Origin: a virus
Lineage: Duplodnaviria; Heunggongvirae; Uroviricota; Caudoviricetes
DNA length: 64,000 nt
Direction: 5' to 3' (one strand)
Virus record (IMG/VR): IMGVR_UViG_3300008108_000013
Made by a program: the position numbers and the translations under genes. This document shows, one piece after another, positions 56,326 through 64,000 of the stretch. The stretch's first letter is position 1. Each line of letters opens with the position of its first letter. Below the pieces are notes generated by a model. The model had not been told where the DNA came from. It saw only the letters and a program-made list of their open reading frames with translations, and made no database searches.

Positions 56326-56568
56326 ATGACTGAAAAAGTTGAAAAAAATGAGCAGCCTCAAGCGGCTCCCCAAACAGAAGCTCAAAAAGCAGATCCTAAC
56401 GAACTAACAATTAACGATCTTCAAGCAATGAAGGTTATTATCGATATTGCTAGTTCACGTGGTGCTTTCAAACCAAACGAAATGTCCGTGGTAGGACAAA
56501 CATATACAAAACTTACAGCCTTTCTTGAACAAGTAGCAAAGCAATCAGAAGCGGCTAAAGGAGCATAA
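56326..56568 (+). CDS. Hypothetical protein
   Basis: AAGGAG RBS. DL..ID.ASSRGAFK..E...VG..Y.KL..FL pattern. Confidence 0.7.
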   Translation: MTEKVEKNEQPQAAPQTEAQKADPNELTINDLQAMKVIIDIASSRGAFKPNEMSVVGQTYTKLTAFLEQVAKQSEAAKGA

Positions 56569-56570
56569 TT

Positions 56571-57158
56571 ATGCAATCATTAAAACACGTAGGTAGAATC
56601 AAAGGATCAGGAAAAAAAGTTCTTGTAGCCTTTAGAACTCTACCCGGAGACGCTTATAGCGCCTTAGTAGTACCGACAGAAAATCTACCAGACGATCTAC
56701 ACAATGCAATCATTAATCTAGTAGAAAGTGCATCAGCTCAAGAATCATACGAATTTGCCGAAGCATTAGATCGTACGCAGTTTCCAGATGGATCTCGTAT
56801 GTTGCCAAATTTACATGCTAATGGCCGATTAATTAAAGTATCGACTGATCAAGTTGAAATGACACCGGTTATTGGATCTTCAATTTTGTTATCTGAACTA
56901 AATCAAATTATTGCCGAACAGCGTGGTATTGCTGTTGACGATTTATATATTTCTCCTAGAGACGGTGATAAAATCAAATCAAAAGATGAAGCACCGGAGA
57001 TAACTGTATCTAATACAACTACTGATACTGAAATAAAATTTGATTCAGCAGAAGCTGAAGCAAAGCACTATCGTAGTCAGGCAGACAAATTAGCCAAGCA
57101 AGCGGCAGAATTCCGTCGCAAAGCAGAGGAGTTGGTTCCGACCAAAAAATCGAAGTGA
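56571..57158 (+). CDS. Hypothetical protein
   Basis: 195 aa with C-terminal coiled coil. Confidence 0.7.
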   Translation: MQSLKHVGRIKGSGKKVLVAFRTLPGDAYSALVVPTENLPDDLHNAIINLVESASAQESYEFAEALDRTQFPDGSRMLPNLHANGRLIKVSTDQVEMTPVIGSSILLSELNQIIAEQRGIAVDDLYISPRDGDKIKSKDEAPEITVSNTTTDTEIKFDSAEAEAKHYRSQADKLAKQAAEFRRKAEELVPTKKSK

Positions 57159-57475
57159 TTGAACAGGGAAGAGATCTTCCCAAAGACGTCGTCGATTGTT
57201 GGCCCGAAGTATTCGGAGAGGTAAAACTTAGAGTTCTACCCCTACGGTATCTTAATGCTGTAATAATTACATTTAAAGATGGCAAGGTCTGGGAAGTAAA
57301 AATAACGCCAGAAGATCAAAAGAAAGGTTGGAAACCTTTCGAAGATTCGTTGTCAGAACTTTTCAAATCTTATGAAAATAGAATCGATAATATTGATTTT
57401 AAACTAGATACAGATAAGATTAGAAAAGACGTTGAAAACAATACTAAACGCTTTTTAAAGAAAAAGAAATTATGA
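57155..57475 (+). CDS. Hypothetical protein
   Basis: GTGA overlap, 106 aa. Confidence 0.6.
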   Translation: MIEQGRDLPKDVVDCWPEVFGEVKLRVLPLRYLNAVIITFKDGKVWEVKITPEDQKKGWKPFEDSLSELFKSYENRIDNIDFKLDTDKIRKDVENNTKRFLKKKKL

Positions 57476-58146
57476 AAGTTAAATTAATTAGTGTAAGTAA
57501 GCCTAGTCGAGAAATGTATGATGAAGGTATTACAGATGCACAAGAACTTATTGCGTTCTGTGCTAGAGTAAGTAACCCTTCTAATCAATTCAATCTTGAA
57601 ACTAGCGAAAAACTAATTAGGTACTTGACCAAACACAAACATTGGTCTCCTTTAGAAATGGTCAGTGCCTGCTTAGAAATTGAAACTACTAGAGACATCG
57701 CAAGACAAATCCTACGTCATCGTAGTTTTAGTTTTCAAGAATTTAGTCAACGATACGCTGATCCTACTAAAGACTTAGATTTTGTTATTCGAGAAGCCAG
57801 ACTTCAAGATACAAAAAATAGGCAAAATAGTATTGTCACAAATGATACAGAACTTAATGCATGGTGGGATGCACAGCAGAAATTTATCATCGAAAATGTT
57901 CGTAGAATTTATAGCGAGGCTATCAAAAAAGGTATTGCTAAAGAACAGGCTCGTGCTATTCTTCCAGAAGGAAATACAGTAAGTCGATTATATATGAATG
58001 GTACACTACGTAGTTGGGTTCACTTTATCGAACTACGCAGTGGAAATGGTACACAGTTAGAGCACATGGAAGTAGCTAGAGAATGTGCAAAAGTTATCGC
58101 TGACGTGTTTCCTATGGCAAACGAATTTGTTCAAACTGATTCTTGA
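57472..58146 (+). CDS. thyX: FAD-dependent thymidylate synthase
   Basis: HWSPLE, RHRSFSFQEFSQRY and EQARAILP motifs. Confidence 0.96.
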   Translation: MKVKLISVSKPSREMYDEGITDAQELIAFCARVSNPSNQFNLETSEKLIRYLTKHKHWSPLEMVSACLEIETTRDIARQILRHRSFSFQEFSQRYADPTKDLDFVIREARLQDTKNRQNSIVTNDTELNAWWDAQQKFIIENVRRIYSEAIKKGIAKEQARAILPEGNTVSRLYMNGTLRSWVHFIELRSGNGTQLEHMEVARECAKVIADVFPMANEFVQTDS

Positions 58147-58798
58147 GCCAATCAAAATCATTTATCATTCTAAGTGCCGGAATATTTCCGGCATTTTTTT
58201 CACCGTAATCTCTTCCGGATAGTGCGCCTAAATATGCATAATACCCGTATGGTGCATTATCATTTAAAGAACACCAAACTTTGAGTCTAGCAGATGTCTC
58301 GGTATCAACCTGGCCTTCTATTGTTCGACTGGCTAATTTGCAACATTCTCTAAAAGCACTTTTCCAAGTATTAAAAGGATCAGTATTAAATGCTGTAATG
58401 TTACTCACAGCTTCCATAGGTATGAAGTAAGGACTTATACTTGTAGTCATGTCTGGTTTAGTGAGATCCATCTCTAAAGTAAGTTTTTTAGGAAGAAGTT
58501 TAACTCCGCCATAACCGTATTCTAAACCATTTATCGGATTACGACTACGCCAAACATGAACGTGGTCTCGTTGATGATCTGGTGGTTCATAATCAAATTT
58601 AAAATCATCTAATATAACAGCATCAGCATCAACAACCCAGAACATTTCAAAAAAACTTCTTTTGGCTGCTTCTACGTGAGCTTGATGAATTCCCTTGACA
58701 TTAAACACATGCTTCGTCAAAGGAAATCGTTCTCTCAACAGTTTTAAATTTTCTGTTGCGTTAGGTTCGTTATAACTAATAAAAATAATATCAAACAC
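58112..58798 (-). CDS. GT-A fold glycosyltransferase-like protein
   Basis: DIIFISYNEP and FWVVDADAVI (DxD). Paralog of the adjacent gene. Confidence 0.7.
   Translation of the reverse strand: MFDIIFISYNEPNATENLKLLRERFPLTKHVFNVKGIHQAHVEAAKRSFFEMFWVVDADAVILDDFKFDYEPPDHQRDHVHVWRSRNPINGLEYGYGGVKLLPKKLTLEMDLTKPDMTTSISPYFIPMEAVSNITAFNTDPFNTWKSAFRECCKLASRTIEGQVDTETSARLKVWCSLNDNAPYGYYAYLGALSGRDYGEKNAGNIPALRMINDFDWLKNQFEQIRLP
58175..58200 (+). terminator. Intrinsic terminator for the thyX operon, inside the antisense CDS
   Basis: TGCCGGAA-TAT-TTCCGGCA followed by T7. Confidence 0.7.
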
Positions 58799-59687
58799 GG
58801 GTGCGAATTATCCTTGGTGTGTTAGTGTAGACCTTCTTAAAGAACTTTGAACCAGTGGCATCTAAATCAGATACTTCTAATCCACACATTGTACGAAGTT
58901 GGTCGCCTAACCATTTAAAACGGTAGTTAACATCCGTTGCTGGACCGTATCCTTGTTCGCTCCAATAGTTAGTAAGCCATTCAAAATCACGAACTTGTGC
59001 ATAATCCCAGTCGGTACAATTAGTCTTATAACATCCTTCTCTAGCACCTATCATGCTCCATAGACCATGGTCAATATCAGCGCCTACATTACACCAGATT
59101 AGTAAACGTTGATAATTTTGCCACCAAATTTTTCTAATATCGTCGACTCGAGAACCTTGATCTAAACTCATCTTTACTCCTTCTCGAAACCCGGCACGCC
59201 AGGCTTGGAATGGACTACCGGTGATAATACTTTCACTGTAATTATCGTTAAATTGATAGTATTTGTCATCAAAGCAAAATTCAACTAAACCTTTTTTATC
59301 ATTAGGATCTGAATTCTCGTGTGTACGCATATTATTAACAAATTTACGTGTCCACATTTTAAGGCCGCCGTTACCGTACATAAGTCCGTTAACATTAACT
59401 TTTCCACACCAACTAAACACATGGTCGGGAGTAAGTCCGAGTTCTTCTAAATCTACTTCAACTTCTAAAAACTTTGGATCAACGATGTTGTCGGCGTCAA
59501 CCGTAATAAAATACTCGGTTTCACTTAATGCCGCGCAGGCTTTATGTGCCGCATCACTTCCTTTAACTCCGTGGACACGTTTAGCCCAAGGTGCTTTACT
59601 TAATAAATCAACATAATTTTTTTCTGCATTAGGTTCGTCATAACTGAGAAAAATAATATCTTGCTCAATAACTTTAATTTTACTCAT
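58791..59687 (-). CDS. GT-A fold glycosyltransferase-like protein
   Basis: DIIFLSYDEP, FITVDADNIV and NGLMYGNGGLK motifs. Confidence 0.7.
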   Translation of the reverse strand: MSKIKVIEQDIIFLSYDEPNAEKNYVDLLSKAPWAKRVHGVKGSDAAHKACAALSETEYFITVDADNIVDPKFLEVEVDLEELGLTPDHVFSWCGKVNVNGLMYGNGGLKMWTRKFVNNMRTHENSDPNDKKGLVEFCFDDKYYQFNDNYSESIITGSPFQAWRAGFREGVKMSLDQGSRVDDIRKIWWQNYQRLLIWCNVGADIDHGLWSMIGAREGCYKTNCTDWDYAQVRDFEWLTNYWSEQGYGPATDVNYRFKWLGDQLRTMCGLEVSDLDATGSKFFKKVYTNTPRIIRTRV

Positions 59688-60261
59688 TAATAATCCTTAA
59701 TCCATAATTTTTAAAAACTAACTTCGAACTAATTGATATTTTGTCAATCTTATATTCTATACTACGTTCAAATGGTATTGTAATCTTTTCAGAACTAATT
59801 AAATCTAAAGATTCTATAAAAATAGTTCTTATTAAGAAATCAAAATCAGATTCAAGAGTAACAAAAAATACTAGCTTAGGTATTAATAATCTATCTGCAT
59901 AATTCTCTTTGACTTTTTTATCAAGGCTGAATTCCCAACAGGCATCTTTACCGTTCCATGTTACTAAGCATTCAACTTTTTTCTTTGTTTCTGTAATCCA
60001 TTCAAATATATTATTTTTAAAAGTATAACCTTGCTCTGTATTAGGCACAACTGATAACCTCGAGCTGCCGTCAATTTCTCGCTTATAGCCAACGAGATAG
60101 TCTCTGAAATGCCAGTTTCCGTTTAATAAATTCTCAACTTCATCAAACGGTACTTCTATACCATACTCAAACCTAGAATCTTTTTCATTACCAGCCCCAA
60201 GGATTTTTCCAGATCTTTTTTCATAAAAAACATAATACTTAGGAGAACTTGTCTTAGACAT
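59680..60261 (-). CDS. Hypothetical protein
   Basis: 193-aa ORF within the operon. Confidence 0.65.
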   Translation of the reverse strand: MSKTSSPKYYVFYEKRSGKILGAGNEKDSRFEYGIEVPFDEVENLLNGNWHFRDYLVGYKREIDGSSRLSVVPNTEQGYTFKNNIFEWITETKKKVECLVTWNGKDACWEFSLDKKVKENYADRLLIPKLVFFVTLESDFDFLIRTIFIESLDLISSEKITIPFERSIEYKIDKISISSKLVFKNYGLRIINE

Positions 60262-61096
60262 CTGCCAACTCCTGTAGTTTTGAAATTATTTTTTTATTTA
60301 AAAAGTTCTTTTCAACATAGTGTACTAATCGAGGTTGTTTAATATTTCCAATAACTAATTCTCCATTAGAATTTAATACAAAAGGCACAGCATCTTGCCA
60401 GCTAATATGAGCAGATGGCCAGTTTTGTAAAGCTGTTTTCATGTGTACAAATTCTAATGGGCTTACATTGTCTACGACACTTTCATAATGACCTGTTATT
60501 TCTATTGCAATAGCAGTGGCAAGATCCATACTTAACCAATCTTGATACTGCTTAGGTGTAAAAATTTTGTAGCACTCTTTCCAATTAGTAGACACAAATT
60601 GTAATGCTTGATAAAAGATTAAAGCTGGATCTGTTTTCTTAAAATAGTGCAAAGCAAAATATGGATTTGTTAGATTGTTTTCATTGAAAGCTAATCTATG
60701 ATAAGGGTCTTTATAAAAAATTTCGCCTTTATAATTTCTAACTCTATTACAAAATTTTAAATCAAAATTACTACAATAATTCCACCAGTCTGAAATATCA
60801 CCTAACAACAACATATCTGTATCTAATACAATAGTTTCATCGTAAGGTGTAGCGTGAAATATCTTCCATCGATTTTCAATTTTCCATTCTGGATTATATG
60901 CAAGATCTGACCAAGGAATCGGAACAATCTGATCAAACACCGACTGATACTTTTTAGGCACAGGATCATTAGTCATAACTGTTAATCCTGTTACTTCTTT
61001 TTGACTTGACTTAATGCTTAACGCCAATGCGTATGCCTGTTCAATATAATCTACAGAATTAGAGTTCTGCGCTACAACAAAAAATCCTTTAGACAC
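60254..61096 (-). CDS. GT8-like glycosyltransferase
   Basis: KIFHATPYDETIVLDTDML and terminal VHYVEK motifs. Confidence 0.7.
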   Translation of the reverse strand: MSKGFFVVAQNSNSVDYIEQAYALALSIKSSQKEVTGLTVMTNDPVPKKYQSVFDQIVPIPWSDLAYNPEWKIENRWKIFHATPYDETIVLDTDMLLLGDISDWWNYCSNFDLKFCNRVRNYKGEIFYKDPYHRLAFNENNLTNPYFALHYFKKTDPALIFYQALQFVSTNWKECYKIFTPKQYQDWLSMDLATAIAIEITGHYESVVDNVSPLEFVHMKTALQNWPSAHISWQDAVPFVLNSNGELVIGNIKQPRLVHYVEKNFLNKKIISKLQELADV

Positions 61097-61934
61097 CGAT
61101 GCCTCCGTCGATTACTCTAGTTAAGCTAGATTTATTCATAACATGGACGTCTAGTCCCGATGTTTTTACTGCTATATATTCGCCTATATGATTTTCTTTT
61201 TCTACTAAAAACTGCATTTTAGAATCGACAATTTTTAATAAGATATCTCTATCTTTAATGTAATTCATTTTTCCAGGTAATTCTATCGCAAAGTCTCCTG
61301 GCATTTTATTATTCATAATATTAATTGCTATGCTAAAAGCATAGTCGTTCCTAAAATTAGGAGCATCGATACCATATAAGGTACGAAAATATAACCAATT
61401 ACTCTTGATATAAAATACAAGATCAAAGAAGGCTTGTGTTAAAAAGTTCTTCTCAAAAATGAAAACCGTAGCCCAATAGAAAGGTATTGAATAGGAATTT
61501 ATTCTTTGGAATTCGGTTATGTCTCGCCAGCCTGCTAAATCGACACTATCTTTATAAATTTGAAAGGGAACATCCCTCTCAAGGCCAACTTTTAAAAGAT
61601 CTGAATTTAAAATATAATCACTATCAAGGACTAGCGTCTTATCATAAGGAGTTAATTCATAAACCTTATTCCTAGAAAGATTTTTCCATTCTAATTTTTT
61701 ATAGGACAACGTTCCGTCATAAAACAACTTGTCCATTGACTGTTCTGCGGATATTTCAATTACTTGATCAAATGGGTGGTCGGGGTAAGTATTTTCTAGA
61801 TAACGTTTGTTGTCTGTCACAAGTGTGACAGGAATATCTAAATATTCGATTACACGATTAGCAGAAAATATTGCCAACTTGGTGTAATCTATACCTGCAT
61901 TATTGTGAGCAAATATTAAAGCACCTGTGGTCAT
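61089..61934 (-). CDS. GT8-like glycosyltransferase
   Basis: YELTPYDKTLVLDSDYI and HVMNK motifs. Start MTTGALIF at 61934. Confidence 0.7.
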   Translation of the reverse strand: MTTGALIFAHNNAGIDYTKLAIFSANRVIEYLDIPVTLVTDNKRYLENTYPDHPFDQVIEISAEQSMDKLFYDGTLSYKKLEWKNLSRNKVYELTPYDKTLVLDSDYILNSDLLKVGLERDVPFQIYKDSVDLAGWRDITEFQRINSYSIPFYWATVFIFEKNFLTQAFFDLVFYIKSNWLYFRTLYGIDAPNFRNDYAFSIAINIMNNKMPGDFAIELPGKMNYIKDRDILLKIVDSKMQFLVEKENHIGEYIAVKTSGLDVHVMNKSSLTRVIDGGIGV

Positions 61935-61935
61935 A

Positions 61936-62286
61936 TTATAAATCGACCATATCGCCAATCTTTCTTTTTGACTTTAGATCAGCATATTTTATAGAGTACT
62001 CATTAAGAGTATTCATATATTTCTGGATAATATCATCGAAGAATTTTTGTACATCAGGTATAACTATTGGAAAACTGTTTACATCAATTAAAGGAACATC
62101 GTGTGTATAACCTAGATCGATCATTAATTTTACAAAGGTAATTAAATGCTGATCTATTTTAAATGTTCCACCGTTTTCATAATGAATCAATTTCTGGGAA
62201 AATTCTTCCAGAATAATTCTTCTTTGATTAGATAGAGTTGCCATGTAGTTTGCAACTGCAAAGGCTTTGTCAATTTTTTCGTCCAT
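61936..62286 (-). CDS. Hypothetical protein
   Basis: GAGGTG RBS, first gene after a promoter. Confidence 0.65.
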   Translation of the reverse strand: MDEKIDKAFAVANYMATLSNQRRIILEEFSQKLIHYENGGTFKIDQHLITFVKLMIDLGYTHDVPLIDVNSFPIVIPDVQKFFDDIIQKYMNTLNEYSIKYADLKSKRKIGDMVDL

Positions 62287-62309
62287 AAAGACACCTCAAA
62301 TAGTGTATC

Positions 62310-62338
62310 ATTTTACACTATTATAATTATCTTGTCAA
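62310..62338 (-). promoter_or_regulatory. Sigma70-type promoter for the glycosyltransferase operon
   Basis: TTGACA-N17-TAAAAT on the minus strand. Confidence 0.75.
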
Positions 62339-62355
62339 GGACGCTGGTTAAAAAT

Positions 62356-63282
62356 TTATGATATTGATGTTGTCGAAGCACTAGGATTTGGTACTGAAAC
62401 ATTACTACCAGTAGCCCTATAAGTGTTAACTGTGCTAACTAGGGTACCGTCAACGTTTTCGTCAATACCGAAACCTGGGTCTGGATAAGACGGAGGTTTA
62501 CCAGATGAATCTTCAAAGTGGATTGTAAATATTCCAATCCTTCTGTCGGATGTACTATTTACACGACCGTAGATATAATACTTGTTTGGTGCGTATGTAG
62601 AACTTGGTGTGTCTTTTTGGAAGATCAGAGCGTCGGATGTTGTTAGGTCATACCATCCTAATGTTGAATTAAAACCTGATCCTGAGCATTCAGTTTTTGT
62701 GTAATTAAATGCAACAGTTCCCATGCTAGCTAGCATAGTGGTCCATGTTACGTTTTTCAATCCTGCTGTTCCACCAGTTCTTTCTGCACTAAACTCTATC
62801 TGGCTACCTGAATTAAAGAAGTAGCGAGCGGCATCGGCGCCGGCGCCGCCTGCAGGTCCAAAAGTAACTGTGACTGTTTGAATTAATGTTCCGTTCCACG
62901 GTGTAGTTCTAATCTGCTCTCCTACTAAAGCAATTCTTGAAGCTTCTGACGATGGAGGAGGAGCAGTTAACGCATTTACTTGAGCTTCTTGAGCCAATGC
63001 TTTATAAGCCGCACGATCCGATTCTTGAATCTTTCTACTTGCAGATGCAACTTGTAGAGCAGTACTTAAATTAGTACCTGTTTGATGTTGGCGAGCACGT
63101 AAAATATCACTACGTAAATTATTCCATTGGTTAGTAGTAACTTTTGAATATTGTCCGACTTGAGAACTTGCTAGGGTTTGGCCGTAACCTAAAGTTCCAG
63201 ATCCGGTTCCTAAAACTTGCGAAACTATACTTTGTATTTCATTATAGTCCGTTGCAATGATTAACGTATTTTGTCCTGGCAT
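62356..63282 (-). CDS. Virion structural protein
   Basis: T/S/G-rich, I...DYN.IQ..V..VLG.G.G..GYGQ N-terminus. TAAATA at 63305-63310. Confidence 0.6.
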   Translation of the reverse strand: MPGQNTLIIATDYNEIQSIVSQVLGTGSGTLGYGQTLASSQVGQYSKVTTNQWNNLRSDILRARQHQTGTNLSTALQVASASRKIQESDRAAYKALAQEAQVNALTAPPPSSEASRIALVGEQIRTTPWNGTLIQTVTVTFGPAGGAGADAARYFFNSGSQIEFSAERTGGTAGLKNVTWTTMLASMGTVAFNYTKTECSGSGFNSTLGWYDLTTSDALIFQKDTPSSTYAPNKYYIYGRVNSTSDRRIGIFTIHFEDSSGKPPSYPDPGFGIDENVDGTLVSTVNTYRATGSNVSVPNPSASTTSIS

Positions 63283-63312
63283 TTATAATCCTCTATTAGG
63301 CAGATATTTATT

Positions 63313-63999
63313 TTATAAAATCAAGCATTCAACAAGTTTGATGCCAGTATCATCACTACTTTCTAGTGCTATTGCAAATACATCATTTGCATGTGGAACT
63401 GCGGCCACTGCTGTGCCGTCACTTCCTGCAATCATTCTTTGGCCTTTACGTACTGCACCAGTTACCTTAACAGGAACACGACCTTTTAGGGCGATAAATG
63501 TACCACCCTCTAACTCAGCATTCATCATATAAGCTGGGTTAGCTGATACTGCACCGATTGCACGATCACCCCATTTGCAGGCAGTTACTTCTTTGTCGCC
63601 GCCGACTGTTACTACAGTACCTACTTCATATTCTTGATCAGCTAGATATTTTTCTGCTAAGTCAGCATAGTTGGCTGCTGTTGCAGTTCCAACAAAGAAT
63701 GTTGCTTTTAAAGCACCAGCAGTGATCGCAACTCCATTAATAGTTTCGCCTGTTGATGTTCTTACTGCAATTTTTCCGCTAACTGCTTCAGAACTTGCTG
63801 TTCTATAATCGTCTGCCGCAACATACAATGCATCTGCTTTTGTAGCTGTTCCAGAAAATGTTACAGCATTAACTGTTTTAAATCTTAATAATTCCGAACC
63901 TAAATCTGTTGCGTTATCACTACCTGGAAGAATATTCGATCCAACTAGCTGTAATGGTGTCCTTGTTGCTTCGCCACTACCTGTTGTAACAGTTGTTTG
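63313..63999 (-). CDS. Fibre/virion protein C-terminal part with an autoproteolytic-chaperone-like (peptidase G2/IMC) tail, 5' partial
   Basis: Frame is open to the window end. YADLAEKY...GTVV..GG and IALKGRVPVKV.G motifs. Confidence 0.65.
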   Translation of the reverse strand, partial: QTTVTTGSGEATRTPLQLVGSNILPGSDNATDLGSELLRFKTVNAVTFSGTATKADALYVAADDYRTASSEAVSGKIAVRTSTGETINGVAITAGALKATFFVGTATAANYADLAEKYLADQEYEVGTVVTVGGDKEVTACKWGDRAIGAVSANPAYMMNAELEGGTFIALKGRVPVKVTGAVRKGQRMIAGSDGTAVAAVPHANDVFAIALESSDDTGIKLVECLIL

Positions 64000-64000
64000 G

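Noticed and set aside
1504-63532. Numerous shadow ORFs in the six-frame track (for example 3702-4364 -, 55272-55940 -, 30852-31205 -)
   Set aside because: They lie wholly within well-supported genes on another frame or strand, lack an RBS, and have no recognisable motifs
1-64000. Stop-codon reassignment as seen in some large phages
   Set aside because: Conserved enzymes are full length under the standard code, TAG and TGA are used as genuine stops, and gene packing is dense

Overview
This AT-rich, gene-dense 64 kb window comes from a large T4-like tailed dsDNA phage. It is read with the standard genetic code. The host is probably Gram-negative, inferred from the spanin pair and the GH19 endolysin. 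Layout on the + strand: 1-10.2 kb virion/baseplate/fibre genes; 10.2-14.1 kb a DnaE fragment, GroES, a TagD-like cytidylyltransferase, clamp loader and dCMP deaminase; phoH on the - strand; 16.3-19.2 kb an extended lysis cassette; 19.2-22.8 kb DnaJ, peptide deformylase and ClpA; 23.5-31.9 kb a block of probable head-packaged proteins (ligase-like protein, HxGH nucleotidyltransferase, Dps, an annexin/PG-binding protein, and a gene with a candidate -1 frameshift); 32-36.5 kb DsbA, family B polymerase, UDP-sugar dehydrogenase and sliding clamp; 36.7-48.2 kb a 7-deazaguanine DNA-modification region (DpdA/TGT-like, T-fold protein, GT-B glycosyltransferase, PRTase, HIT, FolE, nuclease-like ORF, QueE, AsnB-like); 49.5-58.1 kb RNase H, acidic ORFs, MoxR/VWA and ThyX. 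From 58.1 to 64 kb a convergent - strand block holds four glycosyltransferase-like genes and virion genes. I found no tRNA, rRNA, CRISPR array, intron, intein or transposase. All assignments come from motif recognition by eye; no database searches were run.
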